64,000 nt of DNA, taken from the NCBI GenBank assembly GCA_943704425.1, contig CALSCP010000307.1, positions 1 through 64,000 of the forward strand. Reading direction: 5' to 3'. The notes beneath the pieces are model-generated. The model was not told where the DNA came from and did not search any database. It saw only the letters and a program-made list of their open reading frames with translations. This stretch comes from Ministeria vibrans ATCC 50519. Its lineage: Eukaryota > Protista > Filasterea. Shown one piece after another: positions 39,067 through 57,200 of this stretch; position 1 is the stretch's first letter, and every line of letters starts with the position of its first letter. The position numbers and the translations under genes are program-made.

Positions 39067-39325
39067 CACGATTCATTTTGTAAACAAACGACTTGTACAT
39101 CAACAATTTACAATAGTCACTATTCAATAATATCATATTCTATGGGCTTCTTTCGGGACATTCTCGTCTTGAAGTCTAGTGAGTGTACGGCGGAAGTTTT
39201 GTGCTGCTCTTTGTTTTGAATTTAGTTTTGTTTTAACATTAACTGCAGCTCTCGATTTTCTCTTATTTGATATTTCACAATTTTTACTTTGTTCTTGTTT
39301 GATTGACGATTACCCTTGGCTGGTC

Positions 39326-41509
39326 ATGGAGGAATGCCTCCGCGTGCACCGGCACCCTCTGTTCCACGGTGCAGGGAGTGCGTCGGCCGGGGCACTGCTG
39401 CGCGACCGTCTCTGGCTGGACATCCTGGAACAGCTCATGCCTGCGGTACCCCCCCTCCCCCCATGCCGCACACGTCTTGCACCCTGCCCCGGCGTGTCCC
39501 CGCTGGCTCCCTGTGCGTTTGCACGAACCCTTATCCCATTCACAAGTCGTTTTCATTCGTCACCTTTCTTTCACCCACACTCACTCACTCACTCACTCAC
39601 TCACTCACCCACTCACGCACACATGCACATGCATGCATTCTTCCAGGTCTACGAAGACATCCACGGGCACCTGTGCCCTGAGAGTGTTCCTCCCATCAAC
39701 AAGGTACACCGCGCAAACACGCACATTTCCATCGCAACTCATAACTGCTCTTTGCCGCCCCTCCTCTGCCCATCTAGCTGTTCCAAGCCTTTGAAAACAA
39801 CCCTGTCATGGCCGCCTTTGTGGCCCTCTCGCAGTGGAACCGGCGACAAACGCACGACGAAGAGCTACCGGTATGAAGCGAGAGACTCCCTCTCCGCCCT
39901 CACTCCCGCTTGGCTTTGTGTAGGCCTTTGAATGGGATATTTTCATCCCTCGACGACTCGATCCCACCTCACGATACACAATTGCACAGTACGTTTGTTT
40001 TGTTTTGTACAAAAGAAACGGAATACTACACATGTGTATGTAATGTGGATTTGTGTGTATGTGTGTGTGTGTGTAGAACGACCATCATTGCACACGGAAA
40101 TTTCATCAACGCCTCCATGGCATACGTTGGGCGCGACATGATCAACGTTGTCAGCAAACTGTCCTTCATCGATGGCGGCGGACTGTCTCCGCCCGCATGG
40201 ATGGATGTGTACGCGCGTGCGTTGCTGCTGGGCACCGATCGCACGGTGCCGCCGACACAGTTCTCCATGGATGAGGCTGTTCAGCTGCACGCCGAGACCT
40301 TTCCTGGCGATCGCTTCCGTGTGGGCTTTGATGTCAAGCAAGCACAGCCAGAGTATGTACCATTCTTCTCCTCCCCCTCTCCCTCCGAATTGTACTAATT
40401 CTTTACCCTTTTTCCTGTTTGCGTAGACAAATCGACGAACTTCAGAGCGAACTCTCGGCACATGGAATCCAAGTGCGCCTCATCTCATGGTTTAAAAGCG
40501 CACAGCTGCGGCGTATAACGCCGCGCGAGGGCACACGACGGTGTCGAGTGTTCCACTTTGCAAACGAGGCAGTGCGTGCGCTGAAGCGAGGAGAGTGGGT
40601 GGGAGACGCGGTCTTCTTCAATGGGGCGTCACTGATCAAGGAGCCGCTGGGAGTGGGGCGGGTGCTAGTGAAGCTCATGGGGGCGCTGACTGGTGGCGGC
40701 AGCAGCAGCAGCGGGGGTCGGAGGCGACGCAGGCGCAGCGGAGACCAGTCGAGCGATGTGTATGGCGATGACGATGGAGAGCAGGAGGAGGAGGAGGAGG
40801 AGGAGGAGGAGCAGGAGGAGCGTTATGGACTCGAGCTGGACAATATGAGCATTACTTCGTCGGTGCAGTCACAGACAGCAACCACGACCAACGCTGACGT
40901 TACTGTCACCACCACCGATAGCAGCACTCTCTCCGACGTCTCCACTGCTTCCACCGCGACCTCCGCCTCGTCCGCGCGCTCATCCATTTTCGTTGAGCGC
41001 TACTCCCTCAACACCCCTGTAATTGCTGCACTCTCCGCCGCACTGCGCTCTTGGTCCAATGCGAACCCATCGGCCCTGCACCCGCCCGATGTGGGCATAT
41101 ACCTGCAAGAGGCTTCGCTCGACACGCACGCCTATCGACTCATTGCCGGTACTTTATCGACACGAGTCTTTTTTTTTCTCACTCACTCACTCAAACACCA
41201 TAAAGACTCATACATGCACGACAGACGCTGTTTCTTTCTTTCGCCTTTCTTTCGCACACTTACCTCCCTCTCTTTCTCTCTCTCTTTCTTCTCTTCCTCT
41301 GTTTTTTTCTCGGACGGGTTCGATATGTAGGGGCATGCAACCGTCACGCAGACATCATTACGCTGGGACTCTCGTGGGGCGGCGTCAACGGCCTCGTCGA
41401 CGCTTCTCTCGTGCCCTCTCTCTTCTCGTCCACCACTGGCCGTGGCGTTCAGTGGTTTCTTGACGCTCGTGTCCTCACTGGAAACCTCTTTACAGGCTCA
41501 TCGAAGTAA
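39326..41509 (+). CDS. Hypothetical protein, possibly a PLC-like phosphodiesterase/TIM-barrel fold, multi-exon
   Basis: Consistent GT-AG exon chain ending ...TGNLFTGSSK*. Motifs FEWDI, IIAHG, GFDVK, GIYLQE and LGLSWGG. Confidence 0.55.
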
Positions 41510-41679
41510 CAGAATAGTCACGCACATTTATCTTGCACAACACACTTGTTTAGTCAAATGATTTCTCACTTGTACTCTTATACACCAAAATGAATAATAT
41601 AATGAATTCTGAGTGAAACATTGTCACACATCATGAAATCATATATATATATATATATACGCACGCACACACAAACGAA

Positions 41680-43557
<1,878 letters not shown>

Positions 43558-43674
43558 CGGAATGACAATTAAGAAAAATATGATTGTTTCAATTTTTGTT
43601 AAATGGGATCTCTCGGAAATGAGAAGGATGTGTGATTTAATTATTGTAAAAAAAGTTTAACTTTTTTTTTTGAG

Positions 43675-43841
43675 ATGAGTGTCTCTCCCAAGGAGCTCCA
43701 GGCATTGCTGCCGCTACTATCGTCGCCGGGAAGCAAGCTGGAAGAGATTTCTCAGTTGTTCGACAAAACCTTTTCTCGCTCAGATCACTTTCGTCTCTGT
43801 TGTGCATTGGTGCGGAAACGAGCGCAACAAACAGTCCCCAC

Positions 43842-43883
<42 letters not shown>

Positions 43884-46698
43884 GTGTGTGTGTGTGCATT
43901 ATATACATAATATACATTATATATAGTATTATGTGTGACTTTGCTCGTCGCGCTAACGATCGTTTTTCACCAGAGCGTGTTGCTTGAGGAAAAGGACATC
44001 CTCAGTGGCGACGGAGAGCGCCTTGTGTCGCTCTTCCTGCTGTACCATGCGTACAGCGACGTGCCCATGCAGAGCAACCCCTTCCTGGCCGTCGTCGTCG
44101 CCATGGCTGCGCGTCTGTCGCCCAGTCTGCTGGGCACCGGCGAATCCTTCATGGTCATTCGTCTGCTTGATCTCATCCGCTTTCCGCCCCAGCCTGCCCT
44201 CCGCCTTCACTCCTCCGTCCTCGATCTCACCCCTGCCGAGGTATCCAGCTCATCGCTCGCCCTCATTTCGTCTCTCTCTTCCATCACAATCACATTCATC
44301 TTTTTTTTTTCTGTATCACTGTGCAGATTTGTGTCATGGGCGCTCAGCTTCCCATTGCGCTCCCCTCTCAATTCGATGCGATTGTCGCGCTTGTGCATGC
44401 TCAAACGGCCAAGCTCCCTCTCTCATGCTCACGCGATCTGTACACGGTCGTTGCGACACCAACACCGGCACAGGGCACATCGTACACTTTGGACGCAGCA
44501 GCGACGCTCGCCAAGGATGCGTCAAGCCTCCTCTGCGACACACGCGTTCTCTACTCGTCAGCTCCTCCCCCCATGATCCGGCCAGTGCCCTCGCTCTACC
44601 CGTGTGAGCAAGACGAGATGCCCTGGCTGCATGTGCCCGCCGTCAATCATGCCATTCAGTGGGACTCCACCATGTGCCTCGACAGCTCCGATCCAAACAC
44701 CGCTCAAACTCTTCTGACCATGGAAAAGGCTTTCAAGACCCCCCTCTCGCCAGCTCAGCAGAGCCAAGTGCTGGCCGAACTCGACCGCAACCCGGCCCTC
44801 GTCTATCACATTGGCCTTACACCAGCCAATCTGCCCTCTCTCGTCCAGCTCAATCGAATGGTCGCCCTTGAGATTCTTCTTCACCTTATCTCCCGCCAGC
44901 AAATGACCGAGTAATAATTCTTGTTTCGTTCAGGCCACTTGATTCATTCTGTCCTTTGCATATGCATATACATATTAATTATTATAGTATGATGTTCTCT
45001 TCACACACTCATGCTCTTTTTCTCCTCCCTCATGTTCACTCGCGCAACTATTGTTCCCACTCACTCACGCTCACTCACTCACTCACTCTCTCTCTTTCTC
45101 TCTGCTTCTCAGGTTCTTCAGTGCACTGGTGAACATGGAGCCCACACTGCAGTCCATGGAGGTTGTCAGTGGTCTCACCCAGCGCGTCGAGCTTCCTCCC
45201 GAACTGCTTCATTTCTACATCACAAACTGCATTGCCCACTGTGAATCCACCGATGACAAAGTCCGACAGGCTCGCAAAGTCAAACTTGTACGCACAATAT
45301 CTACACTCTTTCGTGGCTTACTCGTTCTCACTGCGTCTGTAGGTGTGTGTGTTTCTTGCGTCGCTCATTCTGCACAAGATCATTCGCGTGCAGGACCTGA
45401 GTCCCGAAGTCGAGACTTTTTGCATTGCGCAGGGCACTCCTGTGACGTACGCTTGTGGTCTTGCGCGGCCCATTGACTCTGCGGTGCATTCCAGCACTCT
45501 TTGTCTACCGAGTGTCTTGGGGTGTTCACGTAACCCTGCGCGTGTCCTGTTGGGTGCACAGGTGTCGCAGTGGATGGACCGCGGAGTGCGGCGTGTGATT
45601 GAGCTCACTCTCCAGGACGGCCGTCTTCTTCGCTGCACTCCTGACCACCGTGTTTTGCTCAGTGGTGCTGATCAGTGGTGTCCCGCCGGTGCGCTTCAGC
45701 CGGGAACGCGCATTCGCGTCGGACTCGAGGCGCCTTGTGACGATCCCGATTCCGACACTGCCGATTACCTTGCATTTGACTTCAACGGTCACCTTCCCAC
45801 CGGCAAGGCCGTGCACCATCAATCACAGCTGCACCCTCAACAGCATCGACATCAACACCGAGAGCGCTGTCTTGCTCTTGCGCGTCTCCTCGGTGCCGAT
45901 ATCGACGATGTATCGATTCTCCGGTCCACTATCGATCGGGCTTGCCTCGAAGCCGATCGCGCTCTTGTGAGCGACAGCAGCAACACCATCGCTCACAGCG
46001 ACACCCGTAACGCATGGCAGCCTGCCCTCTCTACCGCGTCCCTCTTCTCGCTACTCAGCGACACCGCCTGTCCCTTGCCCGTTGTCCGTGAGTTCCTTGC
46101 CGCTCTCTGTGGCCGCATTGCTCTTGTCCCTACCCTCACACCAACTGGGTTCCTTAATGACCAAACCACAGTGCTCGTTCCCCTTCCGCGCACCGTTGCA
46201 TCCACGACCCTTGTCAATCTATTTGCGCGGTGTGGCGTCACGGTGCAGTCGCACAACCAACCTACACCATCGTCGCGAAGTGACACGCCTACCTTCCTCT
46301 CCATCGTCGACACGCACACATTTCTCCACTCCATCGGACTACGCTACTGTCTTGCACACTGGCACACCCTGTCTATTGCCATTGCCTACCAGCGCACCCT
46401 CACCCGCTCCCCCGACCTTCCCCTCACCCCCGCCGCCTTCCTCTCCACCACTCTCCCCACATTCTCCCACCCCCAGTCCTCTCCCTCCACTCTCTCTCTT
46501 GCCGTCGAATCCGTCCGCGACATCGGCCAGTGCCTTCCCGTCTACGACCTCTCCGTGCCCTCCGTTGAGTCCTTTGTTGCATCTGGCATTGTCGTGCACA
46601 ACTGCCTCCAGTTCAGTCGGATACGAGAAGCTCACAGTCTGCTCAAGTCCCTCCGATCAGGCGCTAATGAGTCTTCCTCATCGACAACTCCAAAATAG
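43675..46698 (+). CDS. CNOT11: CCR4-NOT complex subunit 11 precursor containing an intein, multi-exon
   Basis: NPFL, MIRPVP, HAIQWDSTMC, AFKTPLSPAQQSQVLAELDRNPALVYHIGLTPANLPSLV, FFSALVNMEPTLQSMEVV, LPPELLHFYITNCI and KVKL|VCVFLASLI.HKIIRVQDL..EVETF[intein]CLQFSRIREA. Confidence 0.95.
45421..46602 (+). mobile_element. Intein (394 aa) with a degenerate LAGLIDADG homing-endonuclease region, inserted in CNOT11
   Basis: Block A CIAQGTPV, block B LRCTPDHRVL, block F VYDLSVPSVESFVASG and block G IVVHN followed by +1 Cys. Removing it restores the CNOT11 motif EVETF/CLQFSRIREA. Confidence 0.95.
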
Positions 46699-46813
46699 TG
46701 ACGAAATACACATCAAAAAATACACAGGGCTGGTCAAAAATACAATGACAGCAGAGAGAGAAAAAAGAAAAGAAAAAAAGTGTGTGTTGTTGTGTGTATG
46801 CAATTCAAATGCG

Positions 46814-51206
<4,393 letters not shown>

Positions 51207-51315
51207 GCGTCGGATATACGAAAAGTGTCAACCCGATTCGGATACAACAATAATTTTTTGAATGAATATTGAATACTGAATAGATTATCAACAAGAAGAA
51301 ACCGATTTTTTTTTA

Positions 51316-53913
51316 TTATTCTTTGAGGGAAGAACGGCCGGCGCGCAGAATCTCATCGACGTTGAGGAGGTTGCTGGCAATCACGGTGGCAGAGTGGAGA
51401 ATCTGACGCTTGACGCGATAGTTGTCCCACACACCCGTATCGGCGGGGGACATGGCCTCGCCTGTGTCAATGTCCAGACCCACAAGGTTTCCCTCCTGGT
51501 ACGCCTCCAGCAGCGCCACAATCGTGTCTTGCGAGTCGAAGCCGCTGTTTTGAGCAAGAACCTGCACGAAACAAGGGCAGAATCGATAAGAAGGAAAGGG
51601 CCGTTCGTCTTGTTTGTGTCACGACGCGCTTACCTTAGGAATGATGAGAAGGGCATCGGCGAACGCCTGAACACCAAGCTTGGCACGGCCCTTGACGGAA
51701 TCCTTGGCCTTCATGAGCTCGGCGTGAGCGGCAATCTCAAAGGCACCGCCGCCGGGAACAAGGTGGCCATCCTCAATAGCATTGACGACGGCACGAAGGC
51801 CATCGTGGATGGCGTCCTTGATCAGCGTCAGAGTGTACTTGTTGGGTCCTACAATACATACAAGTGTGAGTGGCGCAATGAGCGGCAGAACGAAACGCGA
51901 TGCGCTACCTTGCATGAGGATGGTGACTGACTTGGGGTTCTTGACGTCCTCGACAAACGTGAACTTGTCTTCGCCCACCACTGTCTCGTACACCAGACCT
52001 GCCCAGCCCAGCATCTCCGGCTTGAGCTCGTCGAACGAGTTGACTGCCTCGCCACCACACGCCAGAGTCAAACTGAAAACAGGGGGAGGGGGGGTTTAAA
52101 AAAATATACAGAGCGAACGAGTGAGAAAAAATGACAAAATAAACATAATAAAAAAAAATAAAAAAAAAAAAAAACTGCATGATGACAAGTTATACCGTTC
52201 CATGTTGCGGCGCTTGGCACGGCGGAGCGCCAGAATGTTCTCCTTTGCAAGCATATCAAGCGACATTGGGTCAATGCCCTTCTGGTTGATGACCACAAAC
52301 GACTTGTTCTCATTGCCCGCGATCGCACAAACCGTCCGCTTGAAATCAATCAGCTGTCGCACTTTGTCGTCCGTAAACTTGCGCTCGGCCTCGATAAACT
52401 TCTCTCGTTCGGCCGCAGATGCATAAGTGAAGCTCGCATTGACCTCGCTACAAAGTAAAACAAAGCATGAGCAAACGTTTAGAGAGAAAGAATAGAGAGC
52501 GTGCTTGTGCCAACCTCTTCTCGTATTCAAGGGAGACATTGCATGTGAGGACGAGGCAGTCCGTCAAGCGCTTGGGCATGTCGGGGTGGCGTGCGCCGTG
52601 GTCCAGCACCAAACCGCGCACCAGCCGCGAGTCCACGTCGCTCTTGCGCTTGATCTCCATTTTCTACACAAACCAATACAATAAGAATGGTCTTTCAAAC
52701 AGAGTATTTTCTCTCTCGCTCTCTCTTTCCCTCATATATATAGATACAAAAATGTATTATATAATATAAAATATAACAATTACTATAATATTATATCATT
52801 AATGGTGTCTCCGGTGGTTGTTACCTCGACCATGTGAAGATCAATGGGCTGTCCGTCGCATCTGATGGTGAGCAGCGAGTCAACGACTGCTTCGCACAGC
52901 ACGTCGGCGAGCTCAGCGTGCACTTTGGTGCACAGCGACGTGCGCGCCACGTTCAGCAGTGTCTCACGGTCCATGTCCATCTTCACTTTGACGCCGTCCA
53001 AAACCTCAAGTGCCTTCTTCTTGGCAATCTCAAAGCCATCGGCGAGAATGCGTGGATGAAGTCCCTCCGCAACAAACCGATCTGCTTGCTTCAAAAGCTC
53101 GCCAATGATCAGCACGTTCGATGTGGTACCATCGCCCGTCACATCGTCTTGAGCGGTTGAAGCACGCGCAATCAACGAAGCTGTAGGGTGTTGGATTTGC
53201 TACGGAGGAACGAATCAGTCACAAACCAGTGCGACACTCAACTGCCCAATTGCAACAGGAATTGCACATCAACTGTCCCTTATTGCAAACATACCATCTC
53301 GTGCAGAAGAATGTTGCCGTCCTTTGTCATCTTAATATCGCCCGAGCCGGAGACAAGCCTAAGCGAGAGAAGAAAAAAAAAACCAATCATCAGTGTAGAT
53401 CAGAACGAGTGATCCTCCCAGTCGCTGTGCTCCCTCCCCTCTCCCCTCCCCGTCTTCCATGGCCACCAAATATCGACCAGGGCGACGCATACACGCAGAG
53501 CGCATCGCACAGGGCGAAAACGACAGAGAAACGTCAAAAAAAAAGTCTGTGGCAACCAACGCAACAAGACACGAAAAAAAGGGCCTTTTCGCGCTGGATT
53601 CCGACGCCGTTGACGAGCATTATGACAGGCGGAAGCGCCGGCGTGCTTGAAAGTGTCTATGGAATTTTCCACACGTGTGGAAAAGTCATCTTTTTTTCAA
53701 TGGGCTGAGTGAGACGCGCCAGTGGATGGGGGGCGACGGCGAGCATGCCGACGGCCAGAAGGGTGCACATGCAGCCAGTGCAGGGGGGGAATGGGTCGCA
53801 GTAGAGAGTGGCGGCGTCAGCGGCAACGAACAGCGGACGTTTCAAACAAAACATCAAAAGATGACTCGCCAACAGTCATCAGGTGGTGCGCGCCGCATGC
53901 CGGCACACGCGAT

Positions 53914-53945
<32 letters not shown>

Positions 53946-54112
53946 AGAGGCATCCTCTTGGGTGCTCCCACTTACATTTTCATGCTGCCTTTGGGACCCA
54001 GGTTAGTTTTGAGCACATCTCGCAGACCCTGTGCAGCGCCCACGTTGATCGAGAGCGCTTGAGCCGCACGTGCAACCTCAGCGTTGGGGTTCAACTGTTG
54101 GACAGCAGACAT
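51316..54112 (-). CDS. CCT6: T-complex protein 1 subunit zeta (CCT6), multi-exon
   Basis: [15 protein letters not shown]...[61 protein letters not shown] and VDEILRAG. Confidence 0.97.
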
Positions 54113-54209
54113 ATCGAAACAGGTGAATAATAATTGATTTTTTTTTAATTTTTAATAATGATCATGATTGTTTATTAATCAATCATTTTTGCTCCTTTGA
54201 GACTTGGCA

Positions 54210-57200
54210 ATGGCGGAACCTCCTGTGGGAGACCCTTCCAACATTGACGATGGTACTGCCCGTGTCGTCTCGCGAGTTGATGGTGTTTGTTTGTGTTTGT
54301 TTTTTATATTATATGTGTGTGTGTGTCTTCTCTGCTTTGCTTTTTTGACAGCTTTCCCTTTCCATCGGCTGTCAAACAGACGTCGCAGAATCAGCACTGC
54401 TGGTCCGTCCGAAGCCAAGCGACACGTACCGGCTGCTGTGGGATCCCGAGATCCCTCGCGAGCCCAAACGCCCTCGAAAGCTCTTTAGAATACGCGGCGT
54501 ATCGCCCCACAACGGACAGGTACATGCCGAGAGAGAAAAAAAAAAGAAGGAAAAAAACAAGTTGCTTCTGATGCGTCTTGCTCGCTCCCCTGCGCTCGCC
54601 AGGTGGCTGTACCGCACGATCCACGAAGCCGGCCGACTGGTCTTCGGGCTCCGTTGGACCTGCGCATTGTGGTGTACTCGTACAGCGAGCACTCGATGGG
54701 TCCGCCGCCCAAGAAGGAGCTGCTCATCACCGGACTTGCCCCCGACATCTCCGCCGATTTCCTCCACGCCCTGTGCTCCGACCACGGCAGCCTCTCCTCG
54801 TCGAGCGGCGTCAAGCTGGGGAAGCGCAGAGGCACCGGCGAACGACTCGGTATTGCGCTGGTTCGCTTCAGTCGGTCGCGAGACGCTCGTCGCGCCGCCG
54901 AGAAACTCGATCAGTCTGTGATGATGGGTCACCGCGTGACGGTGCGCGTTGACCCGGCCGCCCAGCTCTTTTCACGACTTTGTTCCGACCCTTCGGCGTC
55001 CATTGATGACCTAGAAAAGGAATGCGAGTCCATTGTGGGCGTTGGTGCACGTCCAACTGTTGGTGATGTGGCCACCACCGATCTGTATGGTCGTGCTGTA
55101 GTTCCCAAACGAAAGGCTGCCCCTCCCGTCTTCGTCCCTCCTGGTGCTGCTGCCAACACCGCTACTGCTATTGCTGCTGCTGCTGCTGCCGCCACCGCCG
55201 TCACTGTGAGTGGGGGAAACGGCATGACGTCCGCCCATAATGTTCCGCCACCGCCACCCGAACCTGAAGAGGGCGAGCTCATTCTCGACAGCACCGACTT
55301 TGCCGCTGCCTCTTCATCGCCACCCCCACCACCACCGCCACCTGAACAGCCGCCCCCTCCTCCACGCAGTGCTCTCAACGACGACACTCCTCCTCCACCA
55401 CCCCCACCCCCTGACCACCCACCGGCCTCAGCTGCGCATCCTCCTCCACCACCACCCTCCTCCATGCCTCTCACCTCGAGCACATCCACTCTGCTCGCAT
55501 CCAAACCCGATCCATCTCCATTCACCTTTGTACCGCCCTCTGCTGCCACAGCTGCTGCCACAGCCGCTGCAGCCGCTGCAGCTGCCGCAGCCATTACCAC
55601 TGGTGCCTCCGCCGCAGGGGGACCAGGCGCTCTTGCGCCTCCTTTGTTGTTGCTACCGCCCGTTGAAGGACCCGTCTATCCACCCTACCTTGTTGAGATC
55701 ACATCGCCTCTGCCACTCACGGTGCGTGCCTCTATGGTCGCCGAGCACTGTCTCAAGAATCACGTGTACCCCAAGAACATTGTGTGCCAAAAGGACGGCA
55801 CATGTCGCATACACTTTGACGACGCAGACACACGCAATGTTGCTGTGCGCCTTATCGACAGTACCGTCATTGCCGGTGTCATTCTCGATGTACAGGCGAC
55901 CGACGATCCCGTGTTGCTGCAGCGCTTCAATGCGGCTGCCGCGTACCGCGAACAACAGCGTCGTCTCAAGGAGATTCAGGAGGAACAAGAGCGAGTGGCG
56001 CGTGAAGCACGTGAAGAGTACGAGCGCACTCTTCACGGCGAACGTGACATGTCCATCTCGCCGTCGTCGTCGCGCGCTCCGTCGCCTGCGCCACCACTGG
56101 TTGACGACTGTGAGATAGACCCCGATAGCGAGGCAGTGCCCTTCCTAGAGTCCAAGGCGCACCGCAGTGCGCGGCGTACGCTTGACGACGACGACTCGGC
56201 CAACGAGAGCGACGAAGATGAAGCGTCGCTGCTGCCCTCGACACAGGATCTTACTGATGCCATTGTGGACCGACTCAAGGCGGATCTCTTGCGTGCTGTC
56301 AAACTCGACGCACAGCGCAAGGTCATTGAAAAGACAGTCACGTCGGAGATTGTCTCTTGGCGCGAACGTCGTCAAACGGACCACCATCGTCCGTCGTCGT
56401 CGTCGTCGTCGTCGTCCACCATGCCCCACCGGAGCAGCCGCGACCATGATCGAGATCGTGATCGTGACCGACACCACGACCGCGATCGTGACCGACACTA
56501 CGACCGCGATCGCGACCTTGCTGAGCGTGATCGACGTCGGTCGCCGCGACACGATGACAAGGATAAGGAGGCGTCTGGTGCGAGTGTGCCGTCTACCGAC
56601 TTTCGCATCAAGGTGTGTCGTGATGCACCTGTGGTGCGCACGGGGGCGCGCATGTGGCAAGGGTACGGGGCCAAGCCGGCAGGGAGTACCGCAAGCGATG
56701 CCGCAGCTGCCGCTGCCGTTGCCGCTGCCCTCTCGTCCCTGCCACCTGGCTCGGTGGCGTGGCGGGCGGCCCAGCTGGAGCAGAAACGTCTGGAGGAGGA
56801 GCGTCTGAAGCGTCTGGAGCGAGAGCAACAGCGACGCATTGAAAACGACCAGAAGATGCATCAGCAGCTGTTGGAGGAACTGGATGCTCGCCGAGGCTGG
56901 GGTAAGCCTCGGACGCAAGCGAGTGCGGCGCGCACATCGGCCGTCAAGAAGATGCGCGACAAGAGTCGCAACAACGCTGAGGAAGGTGGCAGCAGCGGTA
57001 GTAGTAGGAAGAAGCAGCATCGGCAGCCGAAGGAGCGTGCCAAGGCAAAGCGACGACACTATGACGACGACGAGGACGACGAGAGCGACAGTGATAGTGA
57101 CAATGCGACGAGCGACAGCAGCGACGAGAGTGACGACGACGACGACAACGTCAATGTCGGCTCAGTCGTGCGTGCCATGAACAACAAAACGGTGCGCGAC

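Noticed and set aside
45421-46602. Hedgehog/Hint-type autoprocessing domain or retained intron as an explanation of the CNOT11 insert
   Set aside because: The insert has a terminal His-Asn followed by Cys, host sequence resumes exactly on both sides, and endonuclease remnants are present. It has no GT-AG ends.
53817-53882. Possible box C/D snoRNA in CCT6 intron 1 (minus strand TGATGA...CTGA)
   Set aside because: I could not recognise a convincing terminal stem next to the boxes or an rRNA-complementary guide. It would need snoscan or Infernal.
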